From assembly GCA_951804945.1 (NCBI GenBank), contig OX638151.1, positions 70,184,001-70,248,000 of the forward strand: a stretch of DNA of 64,000 nt, read 5' to 3'. The translations under genes and the position numbers were made by a program. Origin of the DNA: Podarcis cretensis. Taxonomy: Eukaryota. Of this stretch, positions 52,280 to 64,000 are shown in pieces. Position 1 is the first letter of the stretch. Each line of letters starts with the position of its first letter. The notes beneath the pieces were generated by a model. That model searched no databases. It had not been told where the DNA came from and was given only the letters and a program-made list of their open reading frames with translations.

Positions 52280-52315
52280 TACTACTGCTACTACTACTAC
52301 TACTACTACTACTAC
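52280..52315. repeat. (TAC)n microsatellite
   Basis: About 12 units, one interruption. Confidence 0.9.
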
Positions 52316-55300
52316 CAATAATAAAAAGCTGGTATCAACTTGGGTGAAAATCTTGGGTAGGCATACCTAACATCAATACAGTAACTGATTGCTAATGAGT
52401 GGCTATGTACATTGCTTTTGACTTGGTGCAGTATGAGACTTTTGAAATAGACAACTCTGAAAATGTTCTGATGACTGTACCAACAGTGATTGCTACAGAC
52501 CAGCTGTAATTGTGTGTATGCCTGCTAAGAATTAATTTTTTTACAATGTTGAATTGCTTGAATTCCCAGTCTAAATCCCAGGTTGAATCACTCAGTAAAT
52601 TATCTAATTAAATTTAAGATCAAAGCTGCTACTGTTATCAGTGACTATTTGGCTAACACATCAGGCTTGTAATTACAGGAGTCTGATTTTGTGGGTCTGT
52701 GATTTTTACCTGTGCTGCGTGTTTCTATGATAAGGGCAAAGTGGTAGTTCAAGTTCCTATATCAAATGCTTGGTGAAATAAGCTTAAGTTTGTTTCAGAA
52801 GTTTTTTGTTTCAATAAAAAGGGGACACACAGTGATACATTGTCATATCTGTTGTGGTTCCCTTGGTTTCTTTTTAAAGTTTTGTACACCTTTTAAACTA
52901 AATCTTATGAACAGATGGCAGTTAAGCAAAACAAGCCATCACCATCTTAGGAATGTGTTAACAAATCTTTTGATGCTCTGGCCTGCATCTTAAGAAGCTA
53001 CTGTAATATTTCTTTATCAAGCATTTTCCCAGGAACTACTAGGATCATGTATTCAATTAGATACTGTGTGGGCAAGTGGTATGGTCATTGTCATATTTGC
53101 AGTAAGTGAAAAACAGTAGGGAGAAAGGCAGCAGTGGTACAAAATCACATTGTTGACCATGGATTGTGACAGAACCATGTCTGTCCTATTAAAGTGACAG
53201 TAGCTTCCCAGGTGTACGCTACCTGGGAAAGCAGTTAATTTGCCTGCTAGCTTTCTTAGGTAGTTCAGCTTACAATGTTCTATGCACCTTTTCAGGTCAA
53301 TCACCACTGAATTTCAATGAGGCTTCCTAGTAAATGTGAAACAAGGATTCTGTCACATGTAGGGTAGGCTATGGTACATAGTCTGCTGCTTCCACAGGAG
53401 AACTTCTTTATTGGTCAGTCCTAAGTCTGAAAGTAAGGGCTGTGTATGGAAAGGGATCATGTTTTGGATTCAGAAGGCTTCAAGTTCAGTCATACTGAGT
53501 TCAATGGAATATTTCTAAGTATATGCACCTAGGCTGAATTTTTGTGTGTATCTTACTTGCAGCAATCATAAGTAGCATTGTCTTGTTAATCTAGTAAACT
53601 GCAGTTCCCCTCATTAGAATTTCCTTCATTGGTTATTATCAACTGTTCATATTTATGTGCATCACAGTCCTCTTATCTAGAAACAGGAAACTCTATTTTT
53701 GTATCCTGTATAACCCTTCCTGTTGCCTCAAAGCTAACATCATATTTGCAGAGGAGGCCTTCAGATTCGTTTCTTCTTTTCTTTTTAGAACCTGGCTGTT
53801 AATGTATTAAAGCTTTTCTCTTGTGCCTACTACAATATTAAGGTGCTTTGTTGGATTTATATCTGTCCAAGAATTACATAAGTTTCTGGGATTTGTATAG
53901 TGTGCTGCAGGCAAAAACCTGGTCGGGCATTATGCCCGATTCATGCAGGCTGACGTGGACATCTGCAATTTTTCACCTTTCTTTTGAATATTGCAAACTG
54001 GTTTTATGATTCAGTGGTATGAAATTTGTGTACATATAGCTGCATCTACTAGTGCTGCTGTATATTGACTTTGTTGGTGACGACTGCTACTTTCCCAAAT
54101 ACATGGTGTTAGCACTTGAAACTATATCTTGACTCAAGCCAAAATGAAAGTATCATGACAGCCTTACTTTGTCTGTGTTTGCTTGGCAATACTCATGGAT
54201 TTCAATGGGTCTTCCTTGTAAGTGTGTTAGAATGTAGCCAAAGTGCAGTGTTGTAAATTGCACCATTGAAATAATAGATAAGTGGTGTTGGCAGCAAAAC
54301 TTAATAGAGAAGTATTCTTTGGTTACATATATGGCAAACACACTGATAATCGCTGATGGAAAGTCTTAGTGAAGTTGGTAGGCTGGCTTCCACAAGTAAT
54401 GTGTGTTAATGCCATATGTATGTGGTGCATGCAGCTGCTTCATAACAGCAAAGCAAATCTTTTTAAACTTGCTTTTTAAGGATTACAGTTTTGGCAACTC
54501 ACAACTTGATTTTAATGGGCTGTTCATTTAATGTGCTTGGAATTACAAATGGAAGTAAATTGTAGCTTATTCTAGAGGAAATAAAAGTAAATGGAATTTG
54601 AGCAACAATAACACAGCTCTCCTAACTTTGTAATGAGAGCTGATGTGTTGTGATCAGAGCAAAATGGATTCAGTGTTGTTTGAGTAGGTTTGGTATCGTA
54701 ACTTGTAAGATAAATTATATTTTGGTTAGGCAGTTCCAACAACAATAGCTCATTGCAGATCACCAGGAATAATATCTATAAACACTTCACATTGCTTTTA
54801 ATCTCGTTAGCGTTGAGGAATATCACGGCTCTTATAGAACAAGACTAAAATCCTGTTACAGTTCATTGGAAGCAAGTTCCATTGTACTTGCAGGGACTTA
54901 CTTTTGAGTAGGTAAGCATAGGAATGAACTGTACTTGTTTCCTGAATTTTATGTGTTCTCAAGATTGTTTGCTTACCCCCTCCAAACAATAAATAAGTTG
55001 TATGGTCCAAAATTGCAACACAGTTTAGGACAGAGGTCTAGTGTCTTTAAGGGTTGAATAAAAGTGTTAAACTATTTATGTAAGGCGTAAGAACTGTATC
55101 TTACATTGAATCTAGCAGCCTTAGGGCCCTTAATTAAAGAAAGCAAAACTTTGCATTGGAGGCAATTGACAGTGGTTTAGTATTTCACTGACTAAAATTC
55201 AAATGGAGACATGTGATTAAACTTTCCTGACACTGCTTTTTTAGCTCTACCTTTGATAATTGCTGAATAATTATTAAAATATAGCTTTGCTAGTTCTGTT

Positions 55301-55662
55301 GTATAAAAAGAAGAGTAGGGCTGGCTTATGTGGTTCTCGTTCTCCACCCATCTGTAGCTCTGAGAAATGCACTCCATATGTAGCCTTTCAAGATTAAAAG
55401 TAAAAGTTTCACTATGAATATCACTGTTAGTTTGACATTATAATTAATAGATTTATATTGATAAAACATGTTCCATCTTTGAAACTTAGATCTATTTGCA
55501 CCTGCTAAAGTAATTATGAATAGTTTGCAAATTGTGCTGGACCAAATAAAGTTTCAGTGAGAGTACTATCATTGGAACTTAGCAGAAATCTCCCAAGTCA
55601 AATGCATGACATAACTATGCTGACAGAGCTTTAGTTTTTCACTTAAAATAAATCCATGGTTA

Positions 55663-56026
55663 AGGTAAAGGTAAAGGTACCCCTGCCCGTACGGGCCAGT
55701 CTTGACAGACTCTGGGGTTGTGCGCCCATCTCACTTAAGAGGCCAGGGGCCAGCGCTGTCCGGAGACACTTCCGGGTCACGTGGCCAGCGTGACATCGCT
55801 GCTCTGGCGAGCCAGAGCCGCACACGGAAACGCCGTTTACCTTCCCGCTGGTAAGCGGTCCCTATTTATCTACTTGCACCCGGAGGTGCTTTCGAACTGC
55901 TAGGTTGGCAGGCGCTGGGACCGAGCAGCGGGAGCGCACCCCGCTGCAGGGATTCGAACCGCCGACCTTTCAATCGGCAAGTCCTAGGCGTTGAGGCTTT
56001 AACCCACAGCGCCACCTGCGTCCACA
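55663..56026 (-). mobile_element. Sauria SINE, full-length and young (intronic, antisense to MAN1A1)
   Basis: tRNA-like head with A box (GGTGGCGCTGTGG) and B box (GGTTCGAATCC) on the minus strand; (ACCTTT)n tail; CpGs largely retained; perfect 13-bp TSD AAATCCATGGTTA at 55650-55662 and 56027-56039. Confidence 0.93.
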
Positions 56027-58973
56027 AAATCCATGGTTACTATACTATAATAAACTTTAGTTTTTAAAATGTGGGGTTTTTTGGTCATAATTGTTTTTAA
56101 TAAACTTTGTGAAGGACACCTGGAACCTAGTCACTTCCTTCCACAAGGCATGTCCTTTGCTGCTTGTGGGGAAACTACCCATATGTCCTTTCTTCTACCT
56201 GTGACAGTGCAAAATCTGATGATCCCAAGACGCTGACTACCCAGTTTACTCATGTCTCGCTCCACAAAAATATTCTTCCCGTTTGGATATGAGCATGGAA
56301 TTGCTATTGATCTTTGTGCCTTATCAAAATAATATACAAAAATTCTAAACATAAACAAAATTGCAAGATTTGAAAAGGAAGTCCATAGAGGATATTTAAT
56401 ATTTTTTATTTAGTTATTCTACAGGACTCTCTTATGTTATTCCATCAGGGTTCTATAGAAACACAATCCCTTACAATGTCATCTTCTCCAACTTAAAGTA
56501 TCAACAAGTATAGATGGTCACAACATCCAAATTTGTAGTGATGTGGCTGATAATGTATTTTGTAAACTTCATTCGTATACAAAATAAACAACCACCAAAT
56601 AGCATAAAAGGAGTCAGTTCACCCCTCCTTCCTTTCATCTCTATTACATTATTGGTTGCTTTCTCAGCTATAGACGACCTCCATATGTTTCCTATTATAT
56701 CATAGGTCTACTCCCAAACCAGTATTCTCATAGCTGTGTTCAGCAGTTCAGACAGAATTGTAGCTCTGTGAGAGGTAAATATAGTTCCCAGGATGTTTTC
56801 CATCTTAATAAAGTACTGCATTCACATTTGAGCTAGTTTTTATAACTTGCTGACTTTAATAATGCCTGGGGAGGCATTATTAAATGGTGTAATTGCATCA
56901 GCTTACCTGGGCTGCAAAGACATCCCAAAAATGACTTGGAAAAAGCAGGAATTTGAAATTGTATCTTTAGGAACATTTGGTAGTGGACTTCAAGTTCCAC
57001 TTTCTTTTTTTAAAAAAATGTTTGCTTGCAAATAGTGCAGTCCTAATTATAATTCAGACCATGGTTGTGATCCCCCCCCCCTTTTGATTTTTCTAGCTAG
57101 AATTCAACTTATTGCTGGAATATTCAAGAAATTATTGCAAAAAGACCTGAGTATGTTTATATTTATGGTCTTAGTGTAGGGTTTCACACCACTGCAGTAG
57201 CACAGCTGAAAGAGTTGGTGATTTTACCAGATGGACTTGCAGAGCTGGAAAAAAGTGTGTGTGTGTGAACATGCAGAAAAAGAAGCATTAAGGGTTGTGA
57301 GTATGGGTTGTGCAGAGTATGGAAAGTGTTGGGGCCATGCAGTGCTGTTCTGAAATAAATGCACTTTCTTCAAGTAGGTAGAAGTTGCAGGAGCAGCTTT
57401 ATTATGTGGTGATAGCAAGGCACAGAAATAAAATGCCGAAACAGAATAGCCACTGCTGGACAACAGTGTATTTGATAGAGGAGCATCCTCAATCTGTCTC
57501 TCTGTCCAAACACCAGATGCAGACTCTTGAAACTTATCCCAACATCAAGAGGTTTTGTGGTGAAGAAGAGAGAGGCACAGCTGAGTTAGGTTAGATCCAC
57601 CCAGCTTACCCATCCAAGTTTCAGTAATACATGGCAGGTCAGCCAATTTGATTGTGGATGAGCGTGGTCTTATTATAAACTGATCTGACATTCATTAATA
57701 GCACCATCAGACCAGAAGACTCGGTGGATAATCTACCAGTAACTTCTGGAAAAGTGGAAGGGCTGAAATGGGAGACGGGGTATGCATTCTAGACCTCTGC
57801 CCCAGATGGTCAGCTCCTCCATTCAGACTATACCTTGCCCTACTCACCAACACTGACATCAGGGTAGCATCTTCTTAACTCGCTGCTACCTGCTCACCTA
57901 GACACATCTTAGCACTATCATCATATAGTTGATAGGGCCACAGATAGTAGACTAAGTAAGGCCCAATAGTGGACAAATCCCACACTGTCAGTGAGAACAC
58001 AGCTACAGCATTTGTCCCCCTGTTTCTCACTCAAGTGAAACAACACCAAACCAAACTTCCCCTCTCCCAGGGTCTCACAGGCCTGTCACCCACAGTACCT
58101 GGCCTACAATTTTGTATCCTGACGCACCCATACTCCTATAACTCCTGCAAGTGGAAATCCCTTTTGGTGTTAATCCTGCTGCCCGCAGCAAGATTTGCCT
58201 TTGTGATAAGATGTGCTCTGGATCACATCCCAGCTCATCTAGTCAGTCAGCAACCAAACAACACTGCACTCTGCTGTCAGCCAAAAAAACCTCTTGCAGG
58301 CAGGAATCACACCAAGAAGGAAACTCTCAGACTGGTGCAGGTAAAACACTACTGTCATGCCTCCTGGGATTGCAGACCAGACTATAAATGCAATATAGAA
58401 GAGTGTATGTATGTGTATATATAAGAAGAGTGTGAGTGTGTGTACATATGAACTTTCCTCAGTACAGTTGAACAACCCAGGTTGTATTTGTGCTTATCTT
58501 GAAAATGAAGAATAGACTTAGGTCAAAGTTTAATTGGTTTGTGGATCACATCATAATCTATAAAACACACACACACCAGAATGGTTTCTCTTCTTACAAT
58601 CTAGTACTTGACTATTAGCATATGTGGAAAGCCGGTTTCAGTCTGTTTCATGTTTGACAGGTATAAATTTGGCACTTGTCTATGAACAGCTGGTACACTA
58701 ATAAGGACCAATAATTCTGTTAAGATGGGGGTGCTCACCTCACATGTGGTCCAGGTCCAGTTTTAGGTTTTGTTTCAAGGGCTTATGTTGGAAGATTGGC
58801 ATTGGAATGTGTGTTGTAGATAAGCAGCACTTTAATAAAGTATTTCAGGTGTTTTACTGACATACAATTCTGAGATGAGAGATAACTAAATAGTCAGAAC
58901 ACTTGAAATATGAAATCTCATCCAAGATGAGGAGCAACACTACTGTGTTTTAAAATTACTGATTTTATATATA

Positions 58974-59205
58974 CAGTGGTACCTCGGGTTAAGTACTTAA
59001 TTCGTTCCAGAGGTGTTCTTAACCTGAAACTGTTCTTAACCTGAAGCACCACTTTAGCGAATGGGGCCGCCTCCTGCTGCCGCCATGCCGCCGGAGCACG
59101 ATTTCTGTTCTCATCCTGAAGCAAAGTTCTTAACCCGAGGTACTATTTCTGGGTTAGCGGAGTCTGTAACCTGAAGCATATGTAACCTGAAGCGTATGTA
59201 ACCTG
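58974..59205. mobile_element. Tc1/mariner (pogo/Tigger-like) MITE, right end truncated
   Basis: TA + CAGTGGTACCTCGGGTTAAG left TIR; repeated TAACCTGAA subterminal motifs; internal inverted TIR copy at ~59129-59143; terminal AGGTACCACTG missing. Confidence 0.8.
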
Positions 59206-59594
59206 TCCAAATGAGGTGCAGCAGATAACTATGGAGAGTACGGTAATTAAGAAGAAAAAAGCAAGGGCTGCCAAATGACAGTGTGTTCACATTGCCACCT
59301 TAGAGTGCAGTAAAGTTGTCCTCCCCGCCTTGTCCATTTTACAGCTTCCCCTCCTCCCAGTTGTTCACATCAGCACAGCTTTATTAGTGTCAGGTTTGTT
59401 TTTGTTTGTGTATATACCAAACAGTGTTGAGGGGACACGGATGCCTTTACTCTATGCAAAGGTATTTACATATTGGCTAGAGACAAGTAAAAGCAACTTA
59501 AGGACTCTAAGGGGTGTGAAGCTGGTTTGACAAGTTACAGCAAAACATATGGAAAACATAAACAAACAACTAAACATGCAACTAGACATATGGG

Positions 59595-59760
59595 AAAGCT
59601 TTCAGACAGTAAGAGCTGTTAGTGGAATTGTCTCCCTTGGGAGGTTGTAGACTCCCCTTCCTTAGGTGTTTTTAGCTGAGATTCCTGCATTGCAGGGGAT
59701 TGGACTAGATGACCCTTGGGGTCCTTCCAACTCTACAATTCTATCATCCTATGATTCTAA
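59595..59760 (+). mobile_element. CR1 LINE 3' end
   Basis: gattcctgcattgcaggggattggactagatgacccttggggtccttccaactctacaattct...atgattcta: CR1 3' hairpin and octamer-repeat tail. Confidence 0.85.
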
Positions 59761-60108
59761 CAATTTATCAGGCTGTAGTATTTTATAGCAAAGTACAGAC
59801 TTGATCTGCATTTTGGATAACGTCAGATGAACAGGGATGAAAAACGCAGCACTGGAAATACATTGAGTGCACAGTAAATGGGAGTGTGAGCACAGTCTGA
59901 GTGAACACACAGTTGTTGCTGCCTTCCCCATTATCAGATTTGTCAGACCAGACATATTAGAAGCATATGTTCCACTATTTTTCATAAGATGGCACTCATG
60001 GTGTTAAAATTAGCCATACCAAGGAACATCCACATTTAAAACTATCAAGGGGCAGAGAAAAGTGGGAAATCTATTTCTAATTCTACTGCCTTTCCTCCTT
60101 TTACAATC

Positions 60109-60355
60109 TTTCCTTCACATGATTGGTCTAAGCACCACTGATCACATCAAACAAAAATGTCAAGAATAATGCTTCCTCCCCGAAGATCTGTCTGCTCTCT
60201 TCCTCAACATATGGATTGCCTATTGTATTGCTTTCAAAAACTGGGCTGTGATACAAGTATACACACCAACCAAAATGTAGTAGCTTTATAAATTATATTC
60301 TTGACATTTTTGTTTGATGTGATCAGTGGCACTTAGACCAATCATGTGAAGGAAA
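60109..60355. repeat. 60-bp inverted repeat with 127-bp spacer
   Basis: 60109-60168 and 60296-60355 are reverse complements at 58/60. Confidence 0.95.
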
Positions 60356-60438
60356 TGTCATTTTCTGTGAAGTTGTCTTCTTGAATCTTTTAAGAAAAGC
60401 TACCTAAACTTTTAGGAAGTCTATTTGAATGGAAGTTC

Positions 60439-60674
60439 CAGTGGTACCTTGGTTTACAAACTTAATCCGTTCCGGAAGTCTGTTCTTAAACCAAAGCGTG
60501 CTTTCCCATAGCAGAGCGGGACTCAATTTACAAATGGAACACACTCAACAGGAAGCGAAACATGTTCTGCTTCCAAGGCAAAGTTCACAAATCAAAACAC
60601 TTTCTTCCAGGTTTCCAGTGTTCTTAATCCAAGTTGTTCATAAACTAAGCTGTTCTTAAACCAAGGTACCACTG
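60439..60674. mobile_element. Tc1/mariner (pogo/Tigger-like) MITE, complete
   Basis: Perfect 18-bp TIRs CAGTGGTACCTTGGTTTA / TAAACCAAGGTACCACTG; flanks TC and TG (probably a decayed TA TSD). Confidence 0.85.
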
Positions 60675-60900
60675 TGTTTACTCAGCTGTTGCTTAGTGGC
60701 AACCATGGCATGGGGATGGAACAAAGACTGTGCTGCTGTGGGAGTCCTGTGAAATATTAGAACACCAGTCTTTCATCTAGTAAATATTGGAAAGCATCTA
60801 GTTCTTTGGTACTCCTATTACAGGATTTGATCATTTAACATATTCCATAAAACCCCACTGCTTGCTAGAATGTATTCTGCCGTCATTGATTTGGTACATT

Positions 60901-60945
60901 CTTTTCTTTTCTTTTCTTTTCTTTTCTTTTCTTTTCTTTTCTTTC
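60901..60945. repeat. (CTTTT)n microsatellite
   Basis: About 9 units. Confidence 0.93.
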
Positions 60946-61321
60946 TTCAAGTTGTTTCAGTCTGCTAGCTTGTAACCAAACTGCATTCTCTACCAGACAT
61001 ATGATTTATCTTTCATAACTTTGTAAGCATATGTTGTGGGGGAATAAAATATTTTTTCTGTAGTTCCCAGCTTCAGAAGCCTGTTGTCTTAGAGGGAAAT
61101 TCTTAATTGGATTAATAGTCTTTTAGCTAAACTTCTTAATGAGAATTAATGGGTGCGCATTACAAATTCCTAATTAACAATAGAGAATGGAATTGAATAA
61201 AAGACTCCCTACTATAACTAAAACACCACAACAGCAACTTAATGTTAATAATGCTTTATGTTAAAGTGGTATGTCTACAATACAATATGGATTTAATTAA
61301 CCACTGAATTCAACACATTGA

Positions 61322-61513
<192 letters not shown>

Positions 61514-62284
61514 TAATATGTGCTTTTGTACTTAGTGACATCATCTGATTTACTGCTCTGAAGTTAGAGATTACATTAGAAGCATGTGGGCTCTTAGCAC
61601 ATGTCACAACAGCTGGTTATCTGTAAATGGTTGATTATTGAAAATAACCAAAGCAGCATTGTCTTATTAGTTTGTTCCCCACTTACAAGGAAGATCATAC
61701 AAGGTATACTACAGTGTTGCACTCCTTATATGGGGATTTTTATCCCACCAGCATGACTCCATAGGGCCCTGGAGTGGCTTCAAGTACTGTAAGTACTGTA
61801 TCAAAAATAATAATTTAAAATGGTAAGGTTATCATATGTTGACCATGGAACCTGGCCAAACTGATAAAGATTTTAAGCACTCTTCAAAATAGGCATGCTA
61901 ACTACATAAAATGGCAATTAGAATCATTCAGTTTTTTCTTGTTGTATTATCAGCTTCGAACATTTATATCCTTTATTAATAGATTATAGTTTACAATAGG
62001 AATTTCTGGAATATTTGAGGGAGCCTTGTTTCTTAGTTTAAGAACTTCCATAACAGCAACAAAAATAGCCTCCTTGTCCTGTAGATCTTTTCTCCTTTAG
62101 CTGCTTCTATTTTGTGCTTAAAATAGTGGAATCCAAGCTTTTGTTTCATTTAATGTGCTTTAGCCAGCCAGAACTCTTAACGCGATAAATTCAGTTGTCT
62201 TTTGGGTTGCATGTTCATGGTAATCTCCATCTCATGTTTGGAAACTTCTCTTTAGCTGTTCAGTCGTGAAGTAAAAGAGCCTAA

Positions 62285-62460
62285 ACTGCAGTAGTGTTTA
62301 GAGAGTCAGACTAAGGGCAGAGACACCAGGTTCAAATTCCCACTAGAATATAAAGTTTACTAAGTGGCCTTGTGTGCTAGGAGCCTAGCTAATATCACAG
62401 GGTTGTAGTATGAAATGGAAGGCGGGCAGGACTACCTTTTAGCTCCTTGGCGGAAAGGCA
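62285..62460 (+). mobile_element. MIR/CORE-like SINE
   Basis: gtagtgtttagagagtcagacta...ccaggttcaaattcccact...tcacagggttgtag. Confidence 0.55.
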
Positions 62461-63329
62461 AAATATTAAGTCATAGCTGCCATCAAAACAGCAGCCCTGT
62501 TTCTCCTTCCCTATAATGTTGAGGGAACAGTACATGCAATCACCATCCAGATTTCCCAGTTCATGCTCTTTTTACCATGATCATGGAATTATTTATTGCC
62601 TTCTATAACACTGTATCAAGGCAACATGTTCCACTTCATTCATGATGAGGAAGGGGGAAATCTGTTAAATATTACCTCACATAGGAATGAGATGGAGAAA
62701 ATGAAATATGGGGTTGTTCTTAGTAACAGCCTTTTGCTTGCTGCAATTCTGCATGAAGTTTTCTACTCTGGGAAAAAATCTAGATGAAAGGCTTGTTCTA
62801 TAGACTATGTCTTAGCTGCCATAGTGTACACCCATGTGCATTATGGCAAATGTTATGAGAAGCTGAATATTTGCTATGCCACAGTACTTAGAATATACTC
62901 TTTACTGACACTTTTTTCTTCTACCAAAAGGCCATTAAATTTATATTCCCACTTTTGGAAGAATTGTTAAATATAGTGGAGAGCAATCTTAGTAGCTGGC
63001 TCTTTTGATTAACAGTTCAAGTTTGTTGCTGCTTCTTTTAAAACTGTGGTCTAAAATGCCAAGGTTGGAAAGGAAATAACAGCTTTTCTATGGGGCTTTA
63101 CATATATTGACCTTGGCACATGTTAATAATTATTCACTTCTGGCAACATGGATTGCAAACTAAACAAATACTGTCAAGGAAAGGTCTAATAGCACAGAGA
63201 GCAGGTGTAACACCACATTCTTGCTGACTCAGTGGTTTAGACGGGTGTAATTGAAGAGGCTCTGTTACATTGTGAGCACCACAGCACTCATAATGGCTGT
63301 GTAATCTTTAGGGTATGGTAGTGGGTGTA

Positions 63330-63705
63330 AACTTCACCATCACCTTTAAGAGCATCTGTTAAATCCTTGATTCAGTGGTAATTGGGATAAATCATCAATA
63401 CCCCCGTTTTGGGGAAGGTGCTTGAGAGAGGGTAGTGACAGTTCAAGTACATTCACTCTTGTATGATGCAGATTATCTTGACCATTACTAGTCTCAGTTG
63501 TGATCTGGTTTTTGGGTCTGAGTTGTCCTCTGTCATCTTGATAGATGACATTGCTTGCGAGAGGGACAGTGGAAGTGCAATCATGTTACTCGTTCTTGAT
63601 ATTTCAACATTTGATGCCATCAACCATGACATCCTTTTGGATATCTTCTGTTGGTTGGGAGTTGAAGGCACTGATCTTCATTGGTTCCACTTCTTCCTGC
63701 AAGTC
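63330..63705 (+). mobile_element. Old L2 LINE RT fragment (intronic)
   Basis: ORF text ILIDDIACERDSGSAIMLLVLDISTFDAINHDILLD matches the degenerate LLDLSAAFDTIDH motif. Confidence 0.75.
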
Positions 63706-63724
63706 CAGAAAGCAGCAAAGGAAA

Positions 63725-63865
63725 CAGCTTATATTGTCTACACTGACTGGCAGCAACCCTGCAGTGTTTCAAACAGGGGATACACTTAGCTGTACCTAGA
63801 AATACCAGGGATTAAACCTAGGACCTTCTGCATGCAATGTAGATGCTCTGCCACTGAGCTCTAGG
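63725..63865 (-). mobile_element. tRNA(Ala)-like headed SINE (same family as 36200-36385)
   Basis: Shares gaccttctgcatgcaa...agatgctct(g/a)ccactgagct with the 36.3-kb copy. Confidence 0.72.
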
Positions 63866-64000
63866 GACTTCCAAATGTGTTTGCCCTCTAGTAGTTAGGC
63901 TGTGGGGTGCTATTTTGTCCCCAATGCTATTTATCATCTATTTGAAGCTATTGGGGGTGGCCATTACAAGATTTGGAGAACAATGGCTTCAGTAAGCAGA

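Noticed and set aside
59017-59205. Regularly recurring TAACCTGAAGC units as a CRISPR-like array
   Set aside because: Short subterminal repeats of a mariner-type MITE in vertebrate DNA; no unique spacers or cas genes.
63463-63789. 108-aa ORF as a further MAN1A1 exon
   Set aside because: Matches L2 RT motifs, not the expected GH47 continuation (GATIVDALDTL), which I did not find in this window.

Overview
Vertebrate genomic DNA, inferred to be a squamate (probably lacertid-like) lizard from its Sauria SINEs, BovB/RTE LINEs, CR1/L2 fragments and tRNA-derived SINEs. One protein-coding gene is supported: MAN1A1 (Golgi alpha-1,2-mannosidase IA, GH47) on the + strand. It has a CpG-island promoter (~49.1-51.3 kb), a first coding exon at 50263-50910, a 10.5-kb GT-AG intron and a 97-nt coding exon at 61412-61508, and it continues beyond the window. 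The upstream ~49 kb has no credible coding exon and consists of interspersed repeats, microsatellites and a 130-N assembly gap. I found no convincing new multi-gene system. The best leads are: two TSD-bounded non-autonomous RTE-clade elements (one Bov-A-like, one with a candidate HDV-like pseudoknot); a tandem-duplicated D-box (PAR-bZIP/E4BP4) pair in MAN1A1 intron 1; a G4 plus uORF module in the putative leader; and a 60-bp near-perfect inverted repeat about 1 kb upstream of the second coding exon. Repeat family names come from recognition by eye, not database searches.
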